This document shows positions 39,201-52,030 of a stretch of 64,000 nt of DNA, in pieces; within the stretch, counting starts at the first letter, position 1, and each line of letters begins with the position of its first letter. Under the pieces are notes generated by a model, which was not told where the DNA came from, did no database searches, and saw only the letters and a list, made by a program, of their open reading frames with translations. The translations under genes and the position numbers were made by a program. Where the stretch lies: assembly GCA_028534125.1 (NCBI GenBank), contig CM052818.1, positions 47,680,001-47,744,000 of the forward strand, written 5' to 3'. The stretch is from Lama glama (Eukaryota).

Positions 39201-40690
39201 TTGTCTGGGGTACAGGGCAGAGGTGGGGGGCTGAGTCCTGGAGCGGGCCGTGCTGGTCAGGAGGACGAAATAAAACGCAGCTCAAATCGACTCTCCACCC
39301 CAAGGTCTGCAAACTGGCCCCTGGGCCAAGTCAGGTCCACAATGTGTTTTGTTTGGTTTTCTTCTGACAACTTTATGGGCCTGTAACCCATGTGCCTGAC
39401 AACTCGCCCGTTTACGGTGCACAGTTTGACGGTTTTCAGTGCGCTTACAGCTGTAGGCTACCACCTGACTTTGATGGGTGTTCCTGGAGTGCAGCCACGG
39501 GCCTTGGTTGACACAGTGTCCGCGGCGGCGGCTTCCCTGCCAGGCAGCGGGGAGCGCACGGCCTGCGGCGCCCCACCCGTGGGCGAGGACCTCAGCCGCC
39601 TGGCCACGCGGTCGGTCGGCAGTGAGGCTCCTCCAGGAAGCACAGTCACAGGTGAGCTCTTTCTGTTTCTACAAACTACCGGGGACTCAGTTCCTATGCC
39701 TCCCAGACGGGGCGACTGTCCCCCTCAGGGCCTGGTGAGAAGTGCAGGGAACGTGGTCAAGGCTCCCCACAGCACCCAGGAGCTCACACACACCCGAGGC
39801 CAACCAGCTGCCCCCTCCGTGGCTTCCCACTGCACCCAGAGCACATCCCGGACATCGTGCCCACGGGGTCCATGCTGATCATCTCTGACCAGTCCCGCCT
39901 CCCCTGCTCTGTCCACACGGACACTCACACCACGGTTCTGCCGGTCAGCCCATCTCCATCCCCCTGCCTGGACTCCCCGCCTCTGCTGGACGGTCCCCTC
40001 TGCCCTGTCCCACCGACGCCCATGGCCGGCTCTCCACCACTCAGTGCTTGGCCACAGACACCACCTCCAGGTCACACAATCTGGAAGGTCCCTCCCCAAT
40101 CACATCTCCTCTACAGCTGAAGTCATGCCACGCTCTGGCTGCTGCTTTATCATCGGTCCCGGGGTGGCAGGTGGGTTCCATGAGAGAAGGACGCACCTGT
40201 CTTGTTCACCGGAATATTTCCAGCTCCTACAACAGCGCCAGGCACACGGTGGGAGGTTAAAGCGTTTTGAAAGTGGGAATAACCCCACCGGCTACATGGA
40301 CCTTGCTGCCCAGGGGTTTCCCTTCTCTGCCTGTCACGCTTCCCTGGGACTAACTCGCTCACCCCACGCCCCACGGAAAGCCCTTCCTCAAAGGCTGCGT
40401 GAGGGGCGACTACAAGCGGCTCCCTACCAAGATCACGGTGGGTGCAAGCAGCCGGAGTCTGATGCCGAGGACCCATCGCAGGCTAGACGCGGTCCACACT
40501 CACTCCAAGGCTGGGCCAGGCCCACGTGAGCATCACCTCAGTCCGGAGAAAACCCGGCGGGAACTGCACTCACTAGCTCTGTTTTCTGTGTAACAGATCT
40601 CTGATCAACCGGCACGCATTCCAGAAACCACGCACAGATGTGCTGGCTCCTCTCTCCCCGAGACCACAGTTCCAGGTGAGCAAGTCCTAC

Positions 40691-40780
40691 CTGCGTCCGA
40701 TGCCAGATGACAGACGCCCTGGAGTGGCCCAGCTTGTTCCTGCAGGGGCCTTTGTCGTAGTGGATCAGGAGGAAGTCATC
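40691..40780 (-). CDS. RNF144A: RNF144A coding exon, 90 nt
   Basis: ttcccag|GAT GAC TTC... = DDFLLIHYDKGPCRNKLGHSRASVIWHRTQ; donor CAG|gtagga. Phase 0/0. Confidence 0.96.
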
Positions 40781-43271
40781 CTGGGAAGGAAGACGAGAAC
40801 AGAGGTGGATGGGAGATTCCTCTCCGTTTAGGGAACGGACCTGCCTGGTCCCAGGTTTTTCTTCTAATGCTCCAAATAGGGATGTGAGAAGCACAGGAGG
40901 ACAACACAGGGGGAGCGTCCACTCGCCAGGGGGCTGCTGTCCCCCAGGCCCCTGCGTGCCCCCGGGGCCTCCATCCTCCATGGAGCATCCCAGGCGGACA
41001 GCTCCAGGCCACTAGAGGGAGCCCTGCTCCCGACCTCAGGCTCTGCCCAAACTCAGCTCCCCTGGGCTCAGGGCGGCTCCAGATTTTGCAGGAAAGAGCG
41101 AATCTGCCCACTCAGGGCCTCTAACAAGTAGGTCAGAGGCTCCTGTTTCTCCACAGCCGCCCCGCGCCGTGCTGCGCTTCCCTCCCCGGAGGCCTCGGCC
41201 CGCACCTCCCTGCCGCCCTGGCAGGGCTGCTGGGGAATGAGATGACTTCCTTCACGTCTGGTCCGCCCTCCTCCGCTAGTGCCAGACTTCTCGCCCGGGA
41301 AACGCTTCCTCTCGGCTCAGACCATGAAAATGCTCTCAGCGCTCAGGCGCTGGCCGGAGACCCGCCCCCACCTCTGCCCCTCCAACTGTCCCGACTCTCA
41401 CGGCAACGACCTGCCCCCCAGCCCGTGTCCCCTGCCCCCCCCACGGGTCTCCACCCACCTTCCCACGACGGCCTCACGGGGCTTTCAGGCTCTCGGGGCC
41501 CCCAGCCGACATCAGCCTCTGTCACCAGGGCCCTGGCTCAGGGCCTGGCGCCCAAACCCTGACTGAGGGGCGGGAATGGCTTTCCTGTACAAAACCATCT
41601 GCTCCTCCGTGAACCGGAGGTGCCCTTTTCTCTCCAATTGTCCGTAAACAGCACAAAGGAGAGGCCGAGGCTCTTTACTCATTTAACCGCGGGTGCAAGC
41701 AGAGTCTTCCAGAGAAAAGGGTAACACGCACAGGGCCCGGGGGTCCGAGGGCGGGAAGTCGGCCCTCCCAGAGCCAGGCAGAGCCGGCACGTGGCGTGGC
41801 CGGCCTGTAGGGCAGCGCCGCTGGGCGGATGCGGCCGGCCCGCCTTCCTCTCTCCAGTCAAATGGTTTCCGAGGTCGGCCTCCTGCAGCCTGAATGCGCA
41901 CGGGGGCATCATGAAACGCCAGTTTCGGGGGGACAAAAGGCACAAAGTCTTCAAGGGAGGTGGGAAGGCCCAGCCTGCCTCTCCCCCAGTCCCAGACCCT
42001 CATCTGGCCCAGGGAGCACGGGCCTGGATGGACGCAGGCCCCTCCTGGCCGGACCTCGTCCTCTCTGAAGCTGTCCTGCTGACCTCTGTCCACTGAGATC
42101 TCTCTCCTCCTTGCACTCCTGGTTATATTTTCTTTCACCCACATCGGCTGAGATGCACTTTTCGTTCGCAGTCCCACTCTCCCCGCCTGCCTCTCGCACA
42201 GTCTGGCTCTGGAGGCTCTCGGAGAGTCTTTGGATTTGTTTCCTGAAACACAGGCTGAATCGTGCCGCGCTGCCCAGCTGAAAAGTCTGCAGCGATCTCC
42301 ACCAGCAAAGCTGGGCACCGCCGGCTGCACACAGTCACCTGGGCAGGGTGTGAAACGCAGATCCTGACTCGGGGTCCAGGAAGGGGCGCAGGTTCCAGAC
42401 GCCCCATGTGGTCCTGATCAACTCACTGCTGGACCTGCGCTGGGCAGGCGTGAGCACAGAGGCCCGCGCGCGTCAGGGCCCCTGCCTCGGCCAGGCCGGG
42501 GCCACGAACGGCCATGCCCTTTCTCGCCACGTCCTGTGCCCTGGAAGCAGCCCACCCCGCACACTCTGCTCTCCGCCTGTCACCTACCTCTCCATCAGCT
42601 GGGCCCGAGCCCCAGCCTTCTGGGATCCTGTGACCCACTCCGGAGAGGCTGTCAGGGACTCCACATCCATCGTCCTGAGGCACTGCTCACAAGGACCTAT
42701 TACCAGTAGCAATAAAGCTTCCCAGCCGGGAGGTCACCAGCTCCTCAAGGTCACGGGCTTTGCCGGCCTCATCCCGGCAGCCCGGCCTCCAGGCATAGCA
42801 GAGCTGCCGACACTCACGGCGTACTTCCTGAACAGAACAAAGGCTCTCTTCCTGACAAAAGCACCCTGAGACACTTTGACAATATAGAAATGATTTCATC
42901 GTGACCTGAAGTTCATGGTGAAGCCCTTGGGTGGAAAGAACTACGGACGGCAGGGCCTGCCAGGAACGCAGGTGTGCGGCTGACAGCGAGTGTTTCCCGC
43001 ACGTAGTTCCCAGAAGCCTCATCAGGCTCCCGGGAGGGGAGCAGGAGCAATGGAGCTGGCTCTGGAGGGTGTGCTGGGCCAGATGCGCGGAGGTAAGAAC
43101 GGATTCCTCAGAGCGGCTCCACTAGGGATCCGTCAGGGCTTCCTGTCCGGCTCTTGGCCTGGTCCAGCCCAATCTGCTGGGTTTTAGAGTCTGAAAGACC
43201 AGAGAGTGGAAGCTGGGTCCGTTCCTCACCCTTCGGTGCTTTGGGGAAAGATTGTTAACCTTCCTGGACTT

Positions 43272-43410
43272 TTCTTTTTTTTAATTTTATTTTTGGGAGG
43301 AGGAGGTAATTAGGTATTTATTTATTTATTTTAATGGAGGTCCTGGGGACTGAACCCAGGACCTCGTGCAGGCTAAGCACATGCTCTACCACTGAGCCAT
43401 CCTCTCCCCG
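43272..43410 (-). mobile_element. tRNA-derived SINE (Vic-1-like), TSD ctggactt
   Basis: Reverse complement ggggagaggatggctcagtggtagagcatgtgcttagcctgcacgaggtcctgggttcagtcccc has Pol III A/B boxes and an (AAAT)n tail. ctggactt occurs at 43264 and 43411. Confidence 0.9.
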
Positions 43411-43619
43411 CTGGACTTACTCTTTAAAAAAGGACATGATCACTCCAACTCTCACGGGAAGAGGGCACATATTAAATAACAGAGGTGTGCAGGGTAAAGC
43501 ACAGAGGCTGGAGCATCACCATGACTTCATAAACGGGAATTACTATCCCCAAAAAATAAAAGAATGCGCGTGGGTCCCTTGCAGCAGGTGCAGCAGAGAA
43601 GCGGGAGAGAGTCCTGGGC

Positions 43620-43775
43620 GGGGGGGGGCGGCACGGCCCCGCGGCAGAGCACATGCTCAGCATGCAGGAGGCCCTGGGTTCGCTCCCCAGCACCTCCTCT
43701 AACGTAAACAAACAAACAAACAAGCTTAATTCCCTTCTCCCTGAAAACAAACAAACAACCCACAGTCCCGAAAAA
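43620..43775 (+). mobile_element. tRNA-derived SINE (Vic-1-like), strongly GC-shifted
   Basis: Aligns to the other three copies; (AAAC)n tail. TSD gagagtcctgggc (43607-43619) / gagagccctgggc (43776-43788). Confidence 0.85.
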
Positions 43776-45847
43776 GAGAGCCCTGGGCCTCACCAGTGAG
43801 GCCTGGGGACGGGACCAGGCCAGGTGCGGAGGGCGGGAGAAAGAACAAGGAGGGAAGGGGACACCCTAAGATGACGGTAGCTCCCTGAGCTGCACGCGAG
43901 CAAGAGGTCACACTTGAGGAAGAAACTTCCCGAGAGGCATGAAGAGGGACGGGTGAGGCCCGCCTCCAGCTCAGAAGCTCTGCTGCTTCCGACGTGCGTT
44001 CACGCACTTGTCTGAAGTCACGGCTGCCGTCCCTGGTCAACCGCCCAGAGCAGACGCCCCGCCCTGCAGGGTCGCCTTTCTGCGGCCACCGGGTCACTTT
44101 ACAGCAGCTCGTCACCCGCAGAGAAAAGCAGACACTCTTGGCCACGAGGACGCCGACCTTCAGGAGGAAACTGCCCTGCGCTGCCTCTGTCCTTGGTCCG
44201 GGCGGAGCCGGAACACAAAGAGGTCTCTGGCCCACGGGAACCAGGCTTTAGAAGAGAGTCAGATGGACAGATGGATAGACAGATGGATGGACAGGGACCA
44301 GAGAGAGAACAGCTTTGTGCTCAGAGGGTACAGACTGCGGGGCTGGCCTCCCACCCCTGTCACTCAAGGGAAGAGGGGAGGTCACAGCAGAAGCAGGGCT
44401 CCTGCCGGAAGCCAAACTTCTGGTCAGTCCATTTCTGATTCTCCCCAGAAAGAATCTACAAGGAGACTTGGTAACGCTGCTAAGGCTGGCATTTCACTTC
44501 CTTCCCCCTTTAGGAATAGTTGATAAGGAGTGAGAAATTGCAGGCCAGACATTAGACAGTGTAATGGAACCTAATGATCAGTTTTCAAAATAAAAAGAAA
44601 CACAGAACATGTGAAATTATGTGTTTTATATGTATATACATATGCATAGACTACCCGCCTGCCATGTGAAGAGGCTGTGTGTACAGCCTACACGCAGGTA
44701 ATTGTATATATGATTTATAGAGACTCTGAAGGACCTAAAGACTTCAATGTATGGGACATTCTAAACATCCCTTTCTCACCACAAAAAGTCAGGGAATGAA
44801 AACTTGTTTGGTTTTAAGCGAAAGAAAATTAATCTTGCCAAACTGATCTCCTAAACTTGCCTGGGGAAAGGAAGGTGAAGGTAATTAGTAATTAAAAGTT
44901 TCTGACGGGACAAAGGATTTTCAAAAGGAAAGCCCCCAAAGATGCAGTCTACCTGGTATTTGTAAAGGCGGCCTTTACTTCCAGGCCGGTCAGCTTATTT
45001 AAGACTCCATCTAGTAGAGACATTCATTTCCTTCTTAATCTCTTGGCCTGTCCTCTGTAAAGTGCTTGCACTTTGCACACCATTAGGGATTCTTTCTCCT
45101 TCACCTGCGCGGCCCAAGCAGGCCCTTCTCAGCCACGCCGCGCTAAGGTGACTCGCTCTGCGACGGCCGCTCGGTAGGGAGACTCCCGCAGAAGCGGTGC
45201 TTTGACTTTTCAGTGGTCCTCAGACAGGTGAGCCCCTATCAAGGTAAACGTAGGTCTGTTCTGACTCACCTTTAATTAGGTCTCAGTGGCTTCACACTCC
45301 TACGAGATGAGCTGGGCACACCATGCCTGCTGTCCAGACAGACTCGTGTAAATCCATCCCTTTGTGATGAGCCGTGACTCGCCTGGCTCTGCCTGTCACT
45401 AACCACCACGACTTTCACAGATGGTTAGTTCTGCTACTTGATTATAGCTTCAGAAACTGATGTACAAATAAACTCTTCTAAAGGGAACTCATAATGTCAT
45501 CATTTTGCCAAGATGCCCACTCCCGAGGCGGGCGAGAAAACGGAACAGGAAGCTGAAAGGAGTTCGTTTGCATCGGGCCTAGAAGCTCCAGAAAAAGGCA
45601 GGTGATCGGAGAGGGGCGGGCCAGGCACCAGCAGCAGGGACTCTGCGTGTGCAGAGACGGCGCGGGGTACCCCAGGGAGGAGGCGGCCGTGTGAGGCCAG
45701 CAGCTCCCATCCTGCCAGCCAGCAGAGGGCTCATGAGTCCTTGTGCCCTGCAGGTGACGTGAGCTTCACCGCAGCAGCTGCCCCGCGCCCGGCATCCGCA
45801 GCGCGGTCTCCTGCCTCTGTCATCCTTGCTGTTCCACGAACGGTCCC

Positions 45848-46204
45848 TTCTCTGGACCATCTGTGTCCCCCCCAGATTCCTGTGTTGCAACCTGCAACAT
45901 GATGGTCTTCGGAGGTGGGACCTTCAGGAGGTGACTGGATTCAGATGAGGTCTTGGGGCTGCGGCCCGCGTGATGAGATCAAGGTCCTTACGTGAAGAGG
46001 AAGACAGTCCAGAGCATCCTCGCCCCGGCAGGTGAGGCCACAGCGAGAAGGCGGCCGTCTGTGAGCCAGGAAGAGGGGCTCGTGGGAACCCGCCACGCAG
46101 CGCTGACCTCAGCTATCCGGTGTCCGGGACTGTGCGATCCAGGTCTGCAGTTCCAGCTCCCGGGTCTGCACTGTTATTCTGTCACAGCAGCCTGAGCTAA
46201 GACG
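45848..46204 (+). mobile_element. MaLR solo LTR (MLT1A-like)
   Basis: tgtgtcccccccagattcc ... ggaggtgggaccttcaggaggtgactggattcagatgaggtc ... tgttattctgtcacagcagcctgagctaagac. Confidence 0.75.
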
Positions 46205-46449
46205 TCCCCACTGACCAACCTAAGATCCTGAGATCCCATCCACCCCTTGACGCCCAGGCGGACCCTTCACTCCCAGAACCCCGGCCCGAAGTCCCACCCT
46301 CAGATACCGCCGCAGCCCGTGAGCGAGTAATTCCACAAGCACAGAATAAACACGTTCCTCCTGTGGCACGGGAACACCCCCTCGGCCACCGGGAAGCAGA
46401 GGCGCCCGCCTCCCAGCCAGCCCGGCCCGCAGCCGCAGCGCGTACTCAC

Positions 46450-46597
46450 GTCCAGGGACTCCAGGCAGTACCAGCAGAAGGCGTGTTTGCAGTTCTTACA
46501 CATCATCTGGGCGCAGCCTTCGTCCCGCTCGATGTGCACCTTGCACCTGGGGCAGCGCTTGATGGGCGCGTCGTCCCCCTCCAGCGTGAAGGCAGAG
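46450..46597 (-). CDS. RNF144A: RNF144A coding exon (RING2/Rcat, catalytic Cys codon at 46513-46515), 148 nt
   Basis: cccacagcag|C TCT GCC TTC... = (S)[49 protein letters not shown]; donor GAC|gtgagt. With a 45-aa upstream exon, the Cys in EGCAQ numbers as C198, the known RNF144A active-site Cys. A tandem acceptor allows an alternative start at 46600. Confidence 0.96.
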
Positions 46598-47069
46598 CTG
46601 CTGTGGGAGAGACTCCGTCAGGGCTTCGCTCTGAGGGGCCCGGGAGGGGCCTGCCTGCACCGGCTACGCTGGGCGCATCAGCCGCACTAGCGCGGCTGAG
46701 GTCGCGTGTTACTTAATGGAAAGTCGAAAGCAAAGAATCTCAATCACCAAAAACCTGTGCATCAGCCAGTCTGACTTAGGGAGGGGAAATCTAAAATCTA
46801 CATTTAGATGCGCAAAGGAAATAGGGCAAAAGGCTTACAGTGGCGATCTCTGAGTGGTGGGATTACGGCCAAATCTTATGTCCTTATTCAATATTTGCAT
46901 GCTTTCCAAAGGGTTGATAGTAAGTTATATGTTCTTTGCTATTATCAGAAAGGAAATGTTAAAACACACACACACACACACACACGTACCAATCGCTCAG
47001 TAAGACCTACATGGCTTGTCTTTACGAACTCATTTTCCCGAGAGGTCTGGGCAGGCCCCACTGTGCTGA

Positions 47070-47225
47070 GCGTGGCGGGGTTTAAGCCTGGGGTCAAGTG
47101 CTGGTGCGCACCGGCGTGGAGCAACCTCTCTGGGCCTCAGCCTCCCCGTCAGTGGGAGTGTGAAGGATGGTTCGGATGAAGAGCGCAGGGCAGTACCAGG
47201 CATGAGCCAAGTGCCAAATAAACGG
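47070..47225 (+). mobile_element. MIR fragment (GC-shifted)
   Basis: acctctctgggcctcagcctccccgtcagtggg ... gcatgagccaagtgccaaataaacggtagc. Confidence 0.5.
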
Positions 47226-48739
47226 TAGCAGTGATTCTCTGCGGCTCATGAAATGGTGACCTAGGCACCATTTTAGGTATGCCTGCAGAAGGACGTCCAT
47301 CCCATGCTGTTAATTCTAAAGAGACAGCTAAAAATGTGCACGGAATCATCTGGAAGAAGCAGCGGTGAAGAGCAGTTATCGCTAATTATGGGGCACATTT
47401 GCTATGTTGTTTGAACTCACTGCATCCACTCAGTGTCTCCAGGAGAAAAATGACTTCCCATTGGGGTGAGCAGGCTTTTCAGAACCTCATGCATTCAAGA
47501 GTGTAAATTCACTGTGGCTGCCCCAACTCTGGCTTTTCGAGTGCATTCGGGCTGAAGGACCTTCCACAAGCGCCACAGTGAACGGAAGGGATAGACCCAG
47601 CACCCCTTTACACGCGTCATCTGAGCGCTAGAGGGCTTCCCGCCGACCACACCCCCGGGGTTCCCGGAGTGCCAGGCTCCGGCCCGCGAGGCGTGTGCCC
47701 CAGCTCGGCGGGGCTCTGTTGCGCTCTCCGGCACAAGGTGACCGGTTAAGACCCTGCAGTGCGGCCTCGGAGTTGGGGCGTCTGGAGTCAGACATGTGGG
47801 TCCAGGCCACGCTGCGTGCGTATTGTCAGCCTCCGTGTCCCCAGATACTAGGCAAACCGCGCCCGGCTCAGAGGGGCTATGAAAACAGCAGACAGCAGCG
47901 CGTGTGCAGGAATCACTCCCTAAGTGCTGGTCCTGACTGATGCTGTTACTGAAAGATTATAAAACTGTCTCTTGTTCAAACTCACCTCTAATTTAGCAGC
48001 AAACAGCAGGCCAGCCTGGCCGTACAGAATGTGATTTACAAGTCGGGGTTGTCACAACCCATGTAAGGTGTCTCCACAGGGAAGGGCACAAGGCCACTCC
48101 CCTACAGACACAAGCCATGTCCCCCTGAAAGGAGTCTGACCTCTAACAAGAGCCGAAGTCAGGAGGCACCAGTCCCGTGACTGAGGCCGACTATCAGGTT
48201 AGATAACATCGTTGTGGTTCGAAAGCCAGGTGGGACCTTAAAATAAGGAAACCAATTTTCCCACATGACTCACAAGCTAATTTTGAAGGAAAGGCCGTGA
48301 GCAGATGCAGCGGCAGTGGACAGTGAAAAGCGTCTGTCAGGGAGACTTTTCAAGCAGAGACAGTTAAAATATGGAAGTTCTGGTGCACTGTGGCATGAAA
48401 TTTATATGGTAGAGACAATGGTTTTCAAACACTTCCTGGTACCTGGATTAAATTTCAAATGATGATTAGTAACAACTCTGTCAGCTCTAATTTGTGAAGG
48501 CAGGTAGGAGTCCTTTGACCATTTCATCACAACCTACAAGTTCTAACGTCTTTAAGGAGCAAATACACAACAGAAATGCATGAAGCTGGTCAGCTGAAGG
48601 GTGGAAACAGAGGTTAAGGGAAGATTTAACTTAGAGGAAAAACACTTACTGTATGATACTAGCTGAGGGTGCGCTCAGTTAGTTATAAGTGACACTGGAC
48701 AGTCAGCCTCAGGACCAGGGAGACAAGAGGGAGTGGTGA

Positions 48740-48960
48740 GGACTGTGGCAAAATAAAGATGCAGAAAGCTCTTCTAAAAAGGGGGCTGCTGCCAGCTCCA
48801 GCCGACTGTCTGCAGGTGGGAACGCATCTCTGTGCAGCTGGATAAGCTAGAAATTCAGGATTTTTATGCCAAATCTTTTGTTTTTAAATTTTCACAAAAT
48901 GAGATTTGTGAACTTGTACAGAAATTGCCCTTCTGTTTCTTAGCACACAACCTGATTTTT
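48740..48960. mobile_element. MER103-like hAT fragment
   Basis: gggggctgctgccagctccagccgactgt ... aagctagaaattcaggatttttatgccaaatc. Confidence 0.4.
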
Positions 48961-50470
48961 TTTTCATTTTGTTTGCTCTTGTTCTTTCTAAGGTGCATCA
49001 CGGATGATTTAACCACGCGTACGTTATGACATACTGCCGCCCTTGAGCAGGGACCTACATGAGGCCAGGACACCTTGGATGAAGAAATACTAACTCCCTA
49101 GGCACCAGCACGTAAGGTTTTATGGGTCCCTCCACCGTCCCACCCAGGAGTGGGACGCTGGCTCTTTCTGACTCCTAGCTTCCCTGTTTCTCAGCAGGTA
49201 GGAGCCCCTCCCTTGCTTCACGGGGGCTCCCCTTAGCAGTAACCCGACTGCTTCACAAGTGCTCCTGCCCCCGCCTGGAAACCCAGCCCTCCCAGTTATG
49301 TGTGACCCGACACACAGAGTGTGGTACTTCTCGCAAATTATGAAGGATCAAGACCCTGAGTATAAGTTAAGTGATCATTCTAGCATTTGAGCGCCTGCTG
49401 TACGCCCAGATCTGGGCTGTCAGTGTTCAAACACAGGAGCCCAGCCTGGTGGAGGAACCGGACACTTAACACCCCGCCAGGCTGGTGTCGGCGTCAACAC
49501 AGGCGGTCTCCGGCGGGACACAGAGGGTGGGTCACCAGCCCGGCCCTGGGAACTGGGAAGCTTGACAAAGGCGGGGGCGTGAGCCACGTCTTCAAGGGCA
49601 AGGAGTCTCCAGGGAAAGCAGGAGGGCGGAGAAGGGACATTTCAGGCACAGGCACAAAGCCGGAACGAGAGGGAACAGGGATGTGTCCTGAGGTCTCCAA
49701 GAAGGTCCCTGTGCACAGGCTGAGCTGCAGGGAGTGGGGCGGGGGCAGCACGATGCGGGCAGAGGAGACAGGCTGCCGCGGGCGGCCCTTTGGGTGGGTG
49801 GTGGGAGGTCTTTTTCCAGGAATGTCACCTCAACAGGCGCTGGGACACCTCCGTCTAATTGAGCCAGACGCCCTGCAGATATTGTAGGACAGAAAAACTG
49901 AATATTACCAATTTCTTCAGCTCAACCTACCAAGTTTCAAGGCACCCAGAAGGATGCGCAGTGTTCACCTGGGCATCCAGCCTGAGGGTCTGGCAGGGAG
50001 ACGGGGGGCGCAGTTGCTGCAGTGATTTCCCACAGCCTTCCTGACAGGTCCCCACCCGGCCTCAGGCCCCCGGGACCTGCGTCTGGCGATCCTCCTTGTG
50101 TTCTAACCACTGCCCACCTCCCCGGGTTCCTGCTCCTGCACCCCGATTCCAGATCACCTTCAACAGCCTTGGAAAACTCCACGCATCACAGGACTTACAC
50201 CTGTGCATAGTAACTGACCGTTCGTACGTGGATCTTTCTCGATAGGCAGAGCGCACCCAGCTTCTTACGTATCTTTATGTTTCCAGAGCCTTGTACAGTG
50301 CCAGGCACATAATCAGTTCTCAAAAATAAATAACAAACAAACCAACCCAGGTCTGAATGAGGTTCAAGAGGAGAGCGTCTGCTGAGGCGGACGGAGGCAC
50401 CTTTGGGGGTAGCCTGCTTCCTCTCCAGCCCTCAGCCCCGCCTCCGCGGCAGCCTGGGCGCTGAGCATAC

Positions 50471-50678
50471 CTGGTCTCCCCGGGAAGGAAGGTGACTGGC
50501 ATGGTCTCAGGGCAGCCTTGGCCGGGGTGCCAGCTGGCTTTGCAGGCGGAGCAGAATTCCGTGTCGCAGGCTTTGCACTGCACCAGCTGCGGGGTCTGCA
50601 GCCCCATCTCCTGCAGCTGGCACACGGCCTGGCAGGTGGACGCTGGGCACCAAGTCCGGCACGGGTCCAGGAGCACCT
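50471..50678 (-). CDS. RNF144A: RNF144A coding exon (IBR domain), 208 nt
   Basis: gtgccag|AG GTG CTC CTG GAC... = (E)VLLDPCRTWCPASTCQAVCQLQEMGLQTPQLVQCKACDTEFCSACKASWHPGQGCPETMPVTFLPGET(S); donor ACC AG|gtatgc. Has the IBR Cys/His pattern, and its phases fit the flanking exons. Confidence 0.96.
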
Positions 50679-51837
50679 CTGGCACAAGGAGAAAAAATGG
50701 GCAGGTCAGACTGCAGGACAGGGTCTGGCAGGCTTCGGACTGACGGTCATGCGGGCGCACGGCTTCACATACTTAAGGGAGAACAGACCATCCAGACCAG
50801 ACAAAGGACACCCGTGGGGACCTGGGGCCGCTGGGCTCTTTCCTCTGCTCCAGCCAGTCCCCACTGCCCGCCCCACCCAGGTCCCCAAACAGCCCCCGAG
50901 TCCTTGCGGCTCGCGCGCCCGCATCCTGGAGGCCTGGCGGTCCAGGCACTGCCTCCTGCCTCCTCGCCTGCCTGCCCTGGGCCGCAGCTCCGCGCGGTCG
51001 GGCCCATCTGCAGGCCTGGAGCCCCCCCACCGGGCCCGGGGCGGGGCAGCGGCGGGCGCTCCCAAACGTGCGTTAAGGATGGAAAGAGAAGAAGAACAGG
51101 GTGCCGGCTGTTCTCATCAGAGGTCTCGCCCGCCTACGACTGTCTCCCTCCCAAATTTAAATCTAAGCCCTGAACAGAGGACTGTGGGAAACTCATTCCT
51201 CAGCAGCAGGCTTTCCCTCTGAAGCGGGGCTTCCATTACTAAGAAGCCAGATTTAATGAAATTAGGAGGTTCATTCTGACTAACAGGATGCCATGACACT
51301 CCCACGCCTTCACATCTGCCTTCACGCCTCGCGTTTCTTTGAACAACGGTCCCGAGCTGCCCTTCTCGTGAGCCTGGTTACTGGCTCCGTGGACTCTCTT
51401 CCACGACAGGATTCTCAATGCTGGGCCACGGGCGGGAGAGACGGACAGGAAACCCCACGGGTGCTGACGTGGCCCCAGACCACGGTGGAGGCCAGAGGAT
51501 CACGGGGTGTTCCAGGGGCATCCAAGCTGGCTGCTGAATCTACGCTGTTCAGCAAGGTCGCTCTTGAGAAGGAATCAGCTGCACCGCACCGGGAACTTGG
51601 AAGCCGTAAAAGATGCCGGCAGGCTTCTAGGCCCTGCGACAGCCAGGCTGGGTCGGCTCACCCGCGTGGAGATGGGCTTTGTAGGCACTGGGACCTCCAA
51701 CAGGCTGGGGCTGCCACGGGCTGCCGTTGGGCCAGGCCACACCTCAACAGGCCCCATCAGAGGCGGAGTCAGACTCAGCCCTCTGCGAACCAGCTCGAAT
51801 CAGGTACAACCTGACCAAAAGCATCTCCTCGTCTAGT

Positions 51838-52030
51838 CCAGGGGCTGACGGTGGGCACCTCAGCCTTTGAGGGCCATGAGGTCTCTGTCCAACTGCTCAG
51901 TCCCGCTGTCACGGCGCAAAGGCAGCGTGTTGACCTGTAAATGACTGTTCTCGTAAAACTTTATTTGCAATGCCAGGCCGGGGGCCGGGCTGCCTGGCCC
52001 ACTGGCCATGGTTGGCCAACTTCTGATCTA
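51838..52030. mobile_element. MER58A-like hAT-Charlie MITE
   Basis: caggggctgac...ctttgagggccatgaggtctctgtccaactgctca ... aaaactttatttgcaa ... ggccatggttggccaacttctg, with inverted-repeat-like ends. Confidence 0.7.
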
